Virus record (IMG/VR): IMGVR_UViG_2547132519_000001
Location: 70,299-134,298 of that record
From: a virus
Taxonomy: Duplodnaviria; Caudoviricetes
Length of the DNA: 64,000 bases
Direction: 5' to 3' (one strand)
Both the position numbers and the translations under genes were made by a program. Under the pieces are notes generated by a model that had not been told where the DNA came from, did no database searches, and saw only the letters and a list, made by a program, of their open reading frames with translations. Shown here one piece after another: positions 41,485 through 51,185 of the stretch; the first letter of the stretch is position 1, and every line of letters starts with the position of its first letter.

Positions 41485-42474
41485 TTACTGGAAATTAGTA
41501 CAATCTATATGTTTTCTGGAGGCATAAATAAGAGTGTTAACGCCCTCAAACTTTTTAGGCTCACACTGCCTGGCAGCTATTACAAGGCCCCTAAGGCGCT
41601 TTAATGAATCAATATCTTCTGGTTTTCTTTTATAGTAATTTAACTCATTAATTACCTTTAAGCTAAGATGATTGGGGATTCGTATTCTGCCTTCAGGTGT
41701 GATAATAGCACCGGTAACGGACTTAGGAGAACTACTTGTGTAATATTTTGTCTTGTTGCGTGATATTTTGTAATTATATTTTGAAATAATATTATAAATT
41801 ATTTCTTTTTGTTTATGAGAAATTCTATTACATGAAGAAAATGTCATGTCATCGACGTATACAGACATGGTTATTCCATTGCAATCGCAGAAATATTGTA
41901 TTTCATCAAACATGTTGTGATTGACAAGGTAGGATAATATCTGGCTAGTAGGAGCTCCAGAAATTAGGTGGTTTGATGTTTTAATTCCTTTAAATTGTAG
42001 AAAGTGCTCAACAGACTGAATATCTTTTATTTTACATAGTGTTAAATCGATGGTTGTGAAGTTAGTGAAAATTTTGGCAACGTCTGGTGTCATCATCAAA
42101 TCATTATTAAAAAAGTCAAAGACAGTTTCACGGGTAATGCATGGGAAAAATGATGACAAATCTATTTTAAAAAGATATTGATTATCTTTATGTATTTTCG
42201 CATTATCAATATATGATTTACCCTTTATACCAGAGAATATATTATAAGGAACCTCAATTTTACTAAGCTCCTTTTTAATAATTCTTTGAATAAGTTTCAG
42301 AGAATACGAAGGAGCTTCAATTAAACGAGGTTTCGGTTTAGTCGCAATATACGGACTGATATTTTGAGCTATATAGTTTTGTTTTAAATAGTCTTTAGTG
42401 GGGATTTTAAGCAGTTTAATAACATAGGACTTTGATGACTGTCTATAAAGATTTGGGTTTGTTATATATATCAT
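41485..42474 (-). CDS. retron-type reverse transcriptase
   Basis: RLIEAP, NAKIH (retron region X NAxxH), KIDLSSFFP, SGAPTS, YVDD, VTG (region Y); ATG at 42474 (ORF track 41485..42513). Confidence 0.9.
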   Translation of the reverse strand: MIYITNPNLYRQSSKSYVIKLLKIPTKDYLKQNYIAQNISPYIATKPKPRLIEAPSYSLKLIQRIIKKELSKIEVPYNIFSGIKGKSYIDNAKIHKDNQYLFKIDLSSFFPCITRETVFDFFNNDLMMTPDVAKIFTNFTTIDLTLCKIKDIQSVEHFLQFKGIKTSNHLISGAPTSQILSYLVNHNMFDEIQYFCDCNGITMSVYVDDMTFSSCNRISHKQKEIIYNIISKYNYKISRNKTKYYTSSSPKSVTGAIITPEGRIRIPNHLSLKVINELNYYKRKPEDIDSLKRLRGLVIAARQCEPKKFEGVNTLIYASRKHIDCTNFQ

Positions 42475-42506
42475 AAATTTCACTCTTTTCAAATAAATGC
42501 TGGTGA

Positions 42507-42701
42507 TTAGCAATCACTTGCCATGCTGATTAATAAACGGATAAATTCAGCACGAACAACGGGATTACAAATAGACGCAACCAGTGCAAAAGAAATTAAA
42601 GCTACAATGATACAGGTTAAAGACTTTCCATCAAGCGTAATGTTGCTAAAGATATTGATATTTACAGTGACATTACTAGGTTCATCCGTTTTCCTTTTCA
42701 T
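42507..42701 (-). CDS. 64-aa single-TM small protein, candidate retron effector
   Basis: Perfect SD AAGGAGGTG; hydrophobic helix LTCIIVALISFALVASIC; directly upstream of the RT. Confidence 0.7.
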   Translation of the reverse strand: MKRKTDEPSNVTVNINIFSNITLDGKSLTCIIVALISFALVASICNPVVRAEFIRLLISMASDC

Positions 42702-42710
42702 AATTATCAC

Positions 42711-43049
42711 CTCCTTGTTATTATTGGCTCCAAAATGGAGTCTCCCAATTCCATTAATAACAAAGAGATACTATAGCGTGCATCTTTTCACACCAGCACA
42801 ATTTTTCTCCCAAAAAAATGAAGGAAAGCGAACATATCTCAACTACACCTGCACTGCTTAATAAAGCTTATGTATCCAGTACATGATGCTTCGCCGTGCT
42901 ACCTCACTATTCTTGGTGTTCTAAAGGAGAATCACGACGCTCTCTGTATGCCGTGAGTGCCCCTTTTAATATTACTCCAAAACATCTGGAGTACCATTCG
43001 TCAACTATAACGAACCAAATGGGAGTAAATCTGCTATACAACACTGGTA
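42711..43049 (-). ncRNA. candidate retron ncRNA (msr/msd-like structured leader)
   Basis: ~340 nt between a consensus promoter and the small ORF; hairpins 42973-42993, 42997-43014 and 42711-42767. Confidence 0.6.
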
Positions 43050-43055
43050 ATTACC

Positions 43056-43084
43056 ATTATATACCAAAATTTTATTGATGTCAA
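43056..43084 (-). promoter_or_regulatory. consensus sigma-A promoter of the retron unit
   Basis: TTGACA-N17-TATAAT on the minus strand. Confidence 0.85.
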
Positions 43085-43170
43085 TTTTTATAACACAATT
43101 GAACAGTAGTATAACGAACAGTTTAAATTAACAAATAAAAGCCCGATATCTTCGGGTGAAAGGAGAATAA

Positions 43171-43413
43171 ATGTACATTGAAACAGTAGGAGAACTCAAG
43201 GCGTTTATTGAAAGCATGGATAATAATACTCCTTTAATTTCAAAATCAGGAAATTTTGAACTGAATGAAGAAATAGTATGTGGAGCAGATATTTCAATAA
43301 ACAAATTTAGAATTGAGAGTAAAGAGTTTTTAGATGCGTTTGATTACGAAAAGTATCGTAAAGACGTGTACACACATGATATAAACGGAACTGAATGTTT
43401 AAAGATATCATGA
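43171..43413 (+). CDS. hypothetical protein
   Basis: 80-aa ORF with SD. Confidence 0.65.
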   Translation: MYIETVGELKAFIESMDNNTPLISKSGNFELNEEIVCGADISINKFRIESKEFLDAFDYEKYRKDVYTHDINGTECLKIS

Positions 43414-43642
43414 AACGAGTATTTTATATGAAATGTGGAAGAATATATTGACAAATGGTTAAAGGAGGATTTACATGGACAACAACAGTGAGGATGATAC
43501 ATTTGAAAAATATCTCAGAGACATTGAAGGAATTACTCTCAACGATTTCGCAAGCAAAAGTGAATTTATACAAGAGGAAATACACAATAATTATTTACAG
43601 AATTGGACAAATAATAAGAGTAATTTAAATGGGAGGTAATTT

Positions 43643-45580
43643 TTGGATAGAGTTAATAGAATTAAGGAACTAATTAATCAGCTTAACATGGCATCTATTG
43701 CTTATTATAAAATTGATAGGCCAATCATATCAGATAAACAATATGATGATTTGTATGATGAATTGTACAGTCTCGAAAAAGAGACTGGTTACATATTGAC
43801 TGGATCTCCAACACAGAAAGTTCAAGGAGATGTTGCTGATTATCTTGAAAAGGTTAATCATAAATACCCAATGCTTTCTTCCAATAAGACAAAGGATCTA
43901 GATATTGTTCTTAAATTCATTGGCGGTAAAATTGTAGCTCAGTCATGGAAACTTGATGGACTGACAGTGGTTGCCGAATATAGAAGGGGACTACTTTACA
44001 GAGCAGTCACTAGAGGGAATGGTATGGTAGGAGAAGATGTTACCCATACATTCAAGCACTGTGTAAATCTTCCAATCAGACTAAGAAAACCCGTAGATAT
44101 AACTTTCCGTGGTGAGTGCGTGATTCCATGGGATACATTTAAGAGAATTAATTCTGAATTAGAGGAACCTTATTCGCACCCACGTAATCTTGCAGCCGGG
44201 ACACTTAGGCAACTTGACGCTAATATTGCTATAGAGCGAAAATTAGAATATTACGTGTTTGATGTCGTGGACGGTTTTGATTGTGGAAATCTCATAGGGG
44301 ACTACGCTTATGCTTCAGGTCTGGACATGCCGGTTGTAGAACATTGTATAGTTAGAGTTTTGGAAGAAGATTTCGATAAATTTAATCCAGAGAATTTCAG
44401 ACTTCCCGTCGATGGTCTGATTTACCGCTATGATGATTCTGAATATGGAAAATCACTTGGAACCACATCACATCACCCACTTAATATGTTGGCTTTAAAA
44501 TGGCAGGATCAGTTATATGAGACGACATTGACAGACATTGAGTGGAACACGTCTAAGACAGGCTTAATTAATCCCGTTGCTATTTTTGAACCCGTAGACC
44601 TTGATGGAGCTATTACCACAAGAGCAACATTACACAACGTATCTTATATAGAAGATTTGCAACTTGGAATCGGTGATTCTATTATGGTGTATCGGGCAAA
44701 TATGGTAATTCCCAAAGTTCATGAAAATTTAACTAAGAGTAATACATGGAAACTTCCTGATGAATGCCCCTGTTGTGGAGGAAATGTAGAAATACACAAT
44801 GAAAATGGAAGTAAGACACTCCATTGTTGTAATGATGATTGCCAGGCAAAATTATTATCAAGACTTACTCATTATGTTAGTAAGAACGCTTTAAATATTG
44901 ATGGATTTTCAGAGGCCACGATAGAAAAGTTTATGGAGTTAGGTTGGTTGTTAAGATTGTCTGATATTTATAATCTTCATAACCACAAAAATGAGATGAT
45001 GGTTCTTGATGGCTTTGGAAAGAAATCGACAGAGAAATTATTAGCTGCCATTGAAAAATCCAAGACAACAACTCTGGAAAGATATTTATATGGACTTTCT
45101 ATTCCACTGATCGGCAGAACGGCCAGTAAGACTATTAGCAAATATTTTAAGGGCGATTATTCAAAATTTATTGAAGCGTTGGAAGACTACTTTGATTTTA
45201 GTCAGTTAGAGGATTTCGGGTATACCATGAACAAAAGTATTTGGGATTGGTACAGAAAATACAGTGAAACAGAAGATGCTTACATTCCTATTTTGTTGGA
45301 TTTTGATATTCCAGAGTTAGAATCTGGCGCTAACGGTAAGGCTGATTTGACTGGAAATGTGTTTGTGATTACTGGAAGCTTGGAGCGTTATTCAAATAGA
45401 AATGAGCTTGTTGCAGAGATTGAAAGTCTAGGTGGTAAGGTATCAGGAAGCGTGAGTTCCAAGACAAATTATCTTATTAATAATGACAGTTTGAGTAACT
45501 CATCAAAGAATAAAAAGGCAAAAGAACTGGATGTGCCTATTATTATAGAAGAAGAGTTTCTACGATTAATAGAAAAATAA
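43643..45580 (+). CDS. ligA: NAD-dependent DNA ligase
   Basis: KLDG, TRGNG.VGEDVT, PRNLAAGTLRQL, Zn finger, HhH, BRCT. Confidence 0.95.
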   Translation: MDRVNRIKELINQLNMASIAYYKIDRPIISDKQYDDLYDELYSLEKETGYILTGSPTQKVQGDVADYLEKVNHKYPMLSSNKTKDLDIVLKFIGGKIVAQSWKLDGLTVVAEYRRGLLYRAVTRGNGMVGEDVTHTFKHCVNLPIRLRKPVDITFRGECVIPWDTFKRINSELEEPYSHPRNLAAGTLRQLDANIAIERKLEYYVFDVVDGFDCGNLIGDYAYASGLDMPVVEHCIVRVLEEDFDKFNPENFRLPVDGLIYRYDDSEYGKSLGTTSHHPLNMLALKWQDQLYETTLTDIEWNTSKTGLINPVAIFEPVDLDGAITTRATLHNVSYIEDLQLGIGDSIMVYRANMVIPKVHENLTKSNTWKLPDECPCCGGNVEIHNENGSKTLHCCNDDCQAKLLSRLTHYVSKNALNIDGFSEATIEKFMELGWLLRLSDIYNLHNHKNEMMVLDGFGKKSTEKLLAAIEKSKTTTLERYLYGLSIPLIGRTASKTISKYFKGDYSKFIEALEDYFDFSQLEDFGYTMNKSIWDWYRKYSETEDAYIPILLDFDIPELESGANGKADLTGNVFVITGSLERYSNRNELVAEIESLGGKVSGSVSSKTNYLINNDSLSNSSKNKKAKELDVPIIIEEEFLRLIEK

Positions 45581-45637
45581 TTGAAGCTAGGTTTGGAAGA
45601 TAGATTTTATGTAAATAAACTGTAGAGGTAAAACAAT

Positions 45638-45841
45638 ATGGGAAACATATATGATTATCCAGTAAGTGAACGAAAGAAAAAATTTGAAGAATCACTAAAT
45701 GAATCACCACAAGATAGCCCGATTTCAACAGAAGACATGATCCGTGAACTAGCGATAATGAGAAAGGGATATTACAATCCTCACGATTGGGGGTTCGCTG
45801 AAGATAATGAAAAAAACAAAGCAATAAAACATGAATTTTAA
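45638..45841 (+). CDS. hypothetical protein (paralog remnant at 56.5 kb)
   Basis: ELAIMRKGYYNPHDWGFAE. Confidence 0.6.
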   Translation: MGNIYDYPVSERKKKFEESLNESPQDSPISTEDMIRELAIMRKGYYNPHDWGFAEDNEKNKAIKHEF

Positions 45842-45862
45842 GTAAGAAAGGGGAGGGGATAA

Positions 45863-46081
45863 GTGATTAAAGAGTTCTTGATATTTTTAAGAATCATATG
45901 GGCCACAGACAGAGAATTATACCTCAAAAACAAACTAGCAAAGCATCGATGCAAAATGGTTGATATTCATGAAAAATACAAAGATTATGAATTTAAAATG
46001 CCAGAAACAAGATATCAGTTTGAATATTTACATAGTGGGATAATGAGTCGATGGTACGGAGATAAAAAAGAGGAGGCCTAA
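45863..46081 (+). CDS. hypothetical protein
   Basis: 72-aa ORF with SD. Confidence 0.55.
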   Translation: MIKEFLIFLRIIWATDRELYLKNKLAKHRCKMVDIHEKYKDYEFKMPETRYQFEYLHSGIMSRWYGDKKEEA

Positions 46082-46082
46082 A

Positions 46083-46274
46083 ATGAGTAAACCGTTAGAA
46101 GTAATAAGTGAACATGAATGTGAAGTATTAGAAAAATATAATAACAGATTACATAAGACACATATTGCAATTCAAAAATATAGTGATGGTTCGTGGTATT
46201 GGGTTCAGTGGAATGATAAAAGCAATACTGCAAACGGAATTGCGTATTGTCCATATTGCGGGCAGAAGTTATAG
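46083..46274 (+). CDS. small Zn-ribbon protein
   Basis: C-terminal YCPYCGQKL. Confidence 0.65.
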   Translation: MSKPLEVISEHECEVLEKYNNRLHKTHIAIQKYSDGSWYWVQWNDKSNTANGIAYCPYCGQKL

Positions 46275-46378
46275 ATGAAATACGAGTTTCAATCAGAAAA
46301 ATAAATTGACATTAAAAAGAAAGGATAAATCAATAGTTCCTATAGGGTAAAGGTGCACCTACTTACGACGGTAAGCAT

Positions 46379-47281
46379 GTGGAACAGAAAAAGTATATGG
46401 ATATTGAAAGACTTAAGGAGAAGTATGCCGATGGCTTTCAAGTTGGTGATCACATTGTAGTACAGGAAAAAATTGATGGAGCAAATTTCTCTTTTAGATA
46501 TGATGAAGAGAAAGATTCTATTAAAGCGTTTAGTCGCAAAAGAGAATTAGAATTTGGCAATAACTTGCGAGGTGCATGGGAATGGTCGCAGAAAATAGAT
46601 AATACCCTTGTTAAAAACATTCTTGGAAATGATCTGGTGTTGTTTGGTGAATGGCTAGTATCACACACAATTGTATACCCAGATTGTAGATATCAAAATG
46701 CTTATTTTTATGATGTATGGGACAGTGAGAATGGCAGATATTTATCACAGGTGGAAGTCTTTGATATTGTTAATAAATTAGGGTTGACTTATGTACCAGT
46801 ATTCTATAATGGTGAATTTATTTCATGGGATCATTTAAGAGAATTTGTTGGTAGAACAGGCTTAGGCGGATCTCAAGGGGAAGGAATCGTTGTTAAAAAC
46901 ATGACAAGACTTAATGATCCAAACACAAGGCTTCCATTCTATACAAAAATTGTGGGTGATTATTTTTCAGAAAAGAAATCAATTAAAAAGTTTGATGATA
47001 GCAAATTAGAACAAAGAAGCAAAAATCAAGAATTAGTGAACTCGGTTGTAACTGAAGCCAGAGTAAGAAAATTATTACATAAAATGGTCGATGAAGATTT
47101 AATTCCGATTAATTGGGATGAAAATAACATGGCTGCTATCGCAAAAACTATTGGAAAAGAAGTTTATTCCGATTGCATGAAAGAAGAACCTGATACGGTT
47201 GAATTAGTTGGAAAAACATTTGGAAAACTTGCATCTGGCACAGCGATGAAAATTGTTAAAACTATGATAAATAGTCGATAA
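46379..47281 (+). CDS. RNA ligase, Rnl2-like family
   Basis: QEKIDGANFS, FGEW, FYDV, EGIVVK. Confidence 0.85.
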   Translation: MEQKKYMDIERLKEKYADGFQVGDHIVVQEKIDGANFSFRYDEEKDSIKAFSRKRELEFGNNLRGAWEWSQKIDNTLVKNILGNDLVLFGEWLVSHTIVYPDCRYQNAYFYDVWDSENGRYLSQVEVFDIVNKLGLTYVPVFYNGEFISWDHLREFVGRTGLGGSQGEGIVVKNMTRLNDPNTRLPFYTKIVGDYFSEKKSIKKFDDSKLEQRSKNQELVNSVVTEARVRKLLHKMVDEDLIPINWDENNMAAIAKTIGKEVYSDCMKEEPDTVELVGKTFGKLASGTAMKIVKTMINSR

Positions 47282-47658
47282 TGTCTGTATTTCATAAGGA
47301 GGGGAGAATAATAACAAGCAGCTACATAATAGATAAACTAACTAAAGCAAAAAGAAAATTTAAAGCTGTTGAAAATTGGAGGAGTGCAGAGTTGTTTTGC
47401 ATTGGTTGTGATAAATCATTAGGTGCTCATGATTTAATATATGAATCACACGAAAGTTTAAAATACTGTGGTGGGTGTATAAAACAACTTATAAAAGAGA
47501 CTCCGATTAAACTATCAGATGGATTAACAATTTTAGAAGACTACGGGTTAAGCGTAGTACTAAGATATGAAGAATTAAGGCAAGAAGAGACAAAGCAATG
47601 CTACTTCACATCTAAAGGAAGATTTATAAAGATTAAAAGTAAGCGTTGGTATATTTAA
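47281..47658 (+). CDS. hypothetical protein
   Basis: 125-aa ORF with CxxC pairs. Confidence 0.6.
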   Translation: MSVFHKEGRIITSSYIIDKLTKAKRKFKAVENWRSAELFCIGCDKSLGAHDLIYESHESLKYCGGCIKQLIKETPIKLSDGLTILEDYGLSVVLRYEELRQEETKQCYFTSKGRFIKIKSKRWYI

Positions 47659-47802
47659 TATAATCAACAACGATTAGCAGATCGTAAGTAAATGTAAATA
47701 CCATAAAAATCAGCAAAAATTTAAAAACAGCATTGAAACTCCGCATTTATCTGATTTGTAAGTGTCAGTAAAGAGTAATATACAATTTAAGGAGATGATT
47801 AA

Positions 47803-48759
47803 ATAGTACAAATATTAGAGCTATTTGGCGGCATAGGATCTCCAAGGGTAGCATTAAGAAACCTTGGCGTGCCGACAAGGGCTATAGATTATGTAGAAAT
47901 AGACGAGAAGGCTGTCCAGAGCTACAATGCAATGTTTGAAAATGAGCTGGCATATAAAACTCAATCTGTCGTTGGTTGGAATTTAAGACCAGATATTTTG
48001 ATTCATGGCAGTCCATGTCAGCAAGTCTCAATTTGTGGTTGGATAAGTCCCGCAGGTAAGCCCAAAGGGGCAGAAGAAGGTTCTGGAACTGAATCATCTC
48101 TTATGTGGGAAACTATACGCATAATTGAACAAATGAGAGAATGGAAACCTCAAGTTGTTATTTGGGAAAATGTCAAAGGTGTCAACTTTAAAGGGATGAA
48201 GAAGAACTTTCAGAGATATTTAGATGAAATGGTTAGACTTGGTTATACAAATAGTTATAAATGTCTTGATGCAAGAGATTTTGGAATCCCGCAAGCAAGA
48301 GAAAGAGTATTTACAATATCCTGTCTAGATGGGAAAGAGTTTAAATTTAATAGGCTAAAATCTACTGCCATGAGACCTCTGAGTAGTTTTCTTCAAAAGG
48401 AAGTGTCGGATCGTTACTTGGTAACTCAACCTAGCATATTAAAGGCTATCGGTAATTCAGGAGTTAAGAGAGCAACGGTGATCAAGGATTTTGCTTATAC
48501 AATTACGGAAAGGCAAGATAGATGCCCAGCGCAAATTATTGATTGCGGCAATGGGAAATATAGGTTTCTTACTGAGCTTGAATGCTGGAGACTATTTGGA
48601 TATTCAGATGAAGATTATTACGCCGCTGAAAGAGTAAATCCTAAAAAGAAAAAAGTAATTGTAAATAGAGCTTTATATAAACAGGCAGGAAATAGTATAG
48701 TGGTTCCTATTTTTGAAGAAATATTTAGAGTATTACTAAGAGATTACATAGAGCATTAG
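47803..48759 (+). CDS. dcm: DNA (cytosine-5) methyltransferase, ATA start
   Basis: Motif I ELFGGIG lies upstream of the tracked ORF in frame from ATA 47803; GSPCQ, WENVKG, QARERVF, QAGNS. Confidence 0.9.
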   Translation: MVQILELFGGIGSPRVALRNLGVPTRAIDYVEIDEKAVQSYNAMFENELAYKTQSVVGWNLRPDILIHGSPCQQVSICGWISPAGKPKGAEEGSGTESSLMWETIRIIEQMREWKPQVVIWENVKGVNFKGMKKNFQRYLDEMVRLGYTNSYKCLDARDFGIPQARERVFTISCLDGKEFKFNRLKSTAMRPLSSFLQKEVSDRYLVTQPSILKAIGNSGVKRATVIKDFAYTITERQDRCPAQIIDCGNGKYRFLTELECWRLFGYSDEDYYAAERVNPKKKKVIVNRALYKQAGNSIVVPIFEEIFRVLLRDYIEH

Positions 48760-48865
48760 TATCAAATAGAGAATTTATACTAACAAGTACATGATTGCAA
48801 CATGTGAAAATATAGAAAGGGTAGAGGTTTCTCGCGAGGCAACAGTACTGTACCCTAAGTCATAA

Positions 48866-49705
48866 ATGGAAAACAATAATAGAGAGAATATAATAAAGCC
48901 AGTAAAATGTGAAATATATCGTGATTCAATGCAGAATTACAAAAAGTATGGAATTAGACCTGCTCAGTTAATTATTGCAGATGTTCCTTATAATGTGGGA
49001 AATAACTTTTATGGTTCGAATCCTATGTGGTATAAGAACGGAGACAGTTCAAACGGAGAAAGTAAGCTTGCGGGAAAAGCGGCTTTTAGCTCTGATTTTA
49101 ATTTCAATCTTTATGAGTACTTCCACTTTTGCTCCAAAATGTTGAAGAAGGATGATAGTAAACCTGTTCCAAGAGGAAGAAGTTCAAATAGTCCATGTAT
49201 GATTGTGTTTTGTGCATTTGAACAGATTCAGACATTAATTGATGCTGCTAAGAAACACGGGTTTGTGAATTATATACCTTTGATTTTTGTGAAAAATTAT
49301 AGTCCACAGGTTTTGAAAGCAAATATGCGTGTTGTAGGGGCAACAGAATATGCCCTATTGTTCTACCGTAACAAACTTCCGAAATTTAGAAACGGATTAC
49401 GGATTGATGAAAATGGTAAGAACATCCGTGGAACAGGCCGCATGGTTTTCAATTGGTTCACATGGGAGAAAGATGGGAAGAACGTTCCCAAAATTCACCC
49501 GGCGCAAAAGCCTGTAAATGTATTGAAAAAATTAATTGAAACATTTACTGATCCGGGAGATGTTGTTATTGATCCATGTTGTGGTTCCGGTGCAACTTTG
49601 AGGGCAGCTCACGAATTAGGTAGATCCGCTTATGGATTCGAGATTGACAGAAACTTCTTTACCAGAGCCAAAAATGAAATGCTTGTGTTTGGTGACGGAG
49701 AATAA
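48866..49705 (+). CDS. N4-cytosine/N6-adenine DNA methyltransferase
   Basis: ADVPY, HPAQKP, DPCCGSG. Confidence 0.9.
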   Translation: MENNNRENIIKPVKCEIYRDSMQNYKKYGIRPAQLIIADVPYNVGNNFYGSNPMWYKNGDSSNGESKLAGKAAFSSDFNFNLYEYFHFCSKMLKKDDSKPVPRGRSSNSPCMIVFCAFEQIQTLIDAAKKHGFVNYIPLIFVKNYSPQVLKANMRVVGATEYALLFYRNKLPKFRNGLRIDENGKNIRGTGRMVFNWFTWEKDGKNVPKIHPAQKPVNVLKKLIETFTDPGDVVIDPCCGSGATLRAAHELGRSAYGFEIDRNFFTRAKNEMLVFGDGE

Positions 49706-49741
49706 AAATACATAAAATTAAAGATTCAAAGACATTAAAAA

Positions 49742-49763
49742 AGAGGAATCCAAAGATTCCTCT
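49742..49763 (-). terminator. intrinsic terminator of the minus-strand peptide gene
   Basis: AGAGGAATC-tttg-GATTCCTCT followed by a T run on the minus strand. Confidence 0.7.
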
Positions 49764-49778
49764 GACAGCTCAATATAT

Positions 49779-49853
49779 TTAATATACGTTCGTTGTAAAA
49801 ACTAAAGTGAAAAACACTGTAAGACTTAAAAAGATAATTACCTTAATTTTCAA
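49779..49853 (-). CDS. 24-aa hydrophobic peptide MKIKVIIFLSLTVFFTLVFTTNVY
   Basis: SD AAGGAGG, TTG start, own promoter and terminator. Confidence 0.6.
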   Translation of the reverse strand: MKIKVIIFLSLTVFFTLVFTTNVY

Positions 49854-50055
49854 TTTACCCTCCTTAGAAAAGGAGCTGTATGTAGTTGAAAAACTTTATG
49901 CTCGTAAATTTATAAATTTCCTACATGCTTAAAATTATTCGTATTTTTCGTAAATTGCGTATTTATCGTAAATTATTATAAGTTTTCTAACTACATAGAC
50001 AGCATGTAGTTAATGGTTACTAGTTAATGTTTACTATTAATAAATAGTATCTTAT

Positions 50056-50084
50056 ATTATATTTCATATTTTTCGATTTGTCAA
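50056..50084 (-). promoter_or_regulatory. consensus sigma-A promoter
   Basis: TTGACA-N17-TATAAT on the minus strand. Confidence 0.8.
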
Positions 50085-50107
50085 CCTAAATAAAGGAGTG
50101 ATTAATT

Positions 50108-51151
50108 ATTATAGAAACAATTTTACATACCAATAGTGGAAAAATTATAAATGGTGAAAACATAGAGTTGTTAGAAACATTAGAAATAAATTCAGTTGAC
50201 AATTGTATCTCAGATTTTCCATATGATTTATCGTTTATGGGCAAGAAGTGGGACAATACTGGGAACTTCTATGATTGGAATAAGGAGAGAGCAACAAAAT
50301 TAATTAAAGTGATTAAACCTGGTGGATACGTTGCAATATTTGGGCACCCCAAAACTAATCATAGGATGAAATGTGCATTTGAAGATTCAGGATTTAAAAT
50401 TGTTGAAGAAATTGATTGGATCTATCTTACTGGAATGCCTAAGAATCAGGATATAGGCAAGCTCTTTAACAAGGTTAAAATAGATGAATTAGCAAAGAAG
50501 TGGAATGGTTGGAAAACATCTGGGCTTAAACCAGCGCACGAACCAATCACAATATTTCAGAAACCATTAGAAGGAACATATGTCCAAAATATTGAGAAAC
50601 ACAGCTGTGGCGGAATGAATATTGATGCGTGTAGAGTTCCTATATCAAAGGAAGACATTGATATGCTAAATGCCAAAGCGTCTAAGGTTCCAACGACTAA
50701 TTATTCTGATAGAGATGACCGCATATATGGCAAATACGCAGAAGATAAGGCCATGCCTCCTAATGAATCAGGTAGGTTTCCATCAAACATTGTGGTTGAC
50801 GAGTATGTGGCTGAATTTTTAAATGATCAGATAGAAGATGGAAGCTAATATTTTACCGTCATCAAATATGAACCGAAGATTTCTCCTTCAGAAAGAAAAC
50901 TTCCTAACGGTGATCGCAATCCACATGTTACACCTAAACCAGTAGCATTAATCAAATGGTTGATTAAATTACTTACTCCGATTAACGGCGCAACCATTGA
51001 TATTACCGCTGGAAGCTGTACTCATGCTGTGGCTTGTGAAGAACTCAATAAAAATGACGGTTATGGATTGAAATACATAAATGTAGAATTGATGAATACT
51101 GAAGAAGAGCCTTATTGTAGCGTTGGAGAAATGAGAGTAAAAGCAGTTTAG
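50108..51151 (+). pseudogene. N4/N6 DNA methyltransferase with one in-frame TAA (50846)
   Basis: SDFPY, LKPAHEPI, GRFPSN, then in the same frame after TAA: HVTPKP, DITAGS; probable ATT/ATA start after AAGGAG. Confidence 0.8.
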
Positions 51152-51185
51152 GATGAAATGACGATTTCAAATAGTGAGTAAAGAT

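Noticed and set aside
41485-42474. RT as a group II intron, DGR or CRISPR-associated RT
   Set aside because: No maturase/endonuclease domain or interrupted host gene, no TR/VR repeat pair, no cas genes. NAxxH and VTG favour a retron.
42523-43078. Plus-strand ORFs 42523..42861 and 42896..43078
   Set aside because: Antisense to the retron unit with no SD. The minus-strand promoter, SD and hairpins explain the region better.
20246-50848. Stop-codon recoding suggested by in-frame TAA codons and a tRNA-Gln
   Set aside because: TAA, TAG and TGA all terminate well-conserved genes normally, the tRNA anticodon is TTG (not a suppressor), and only two isolated cases were seen.
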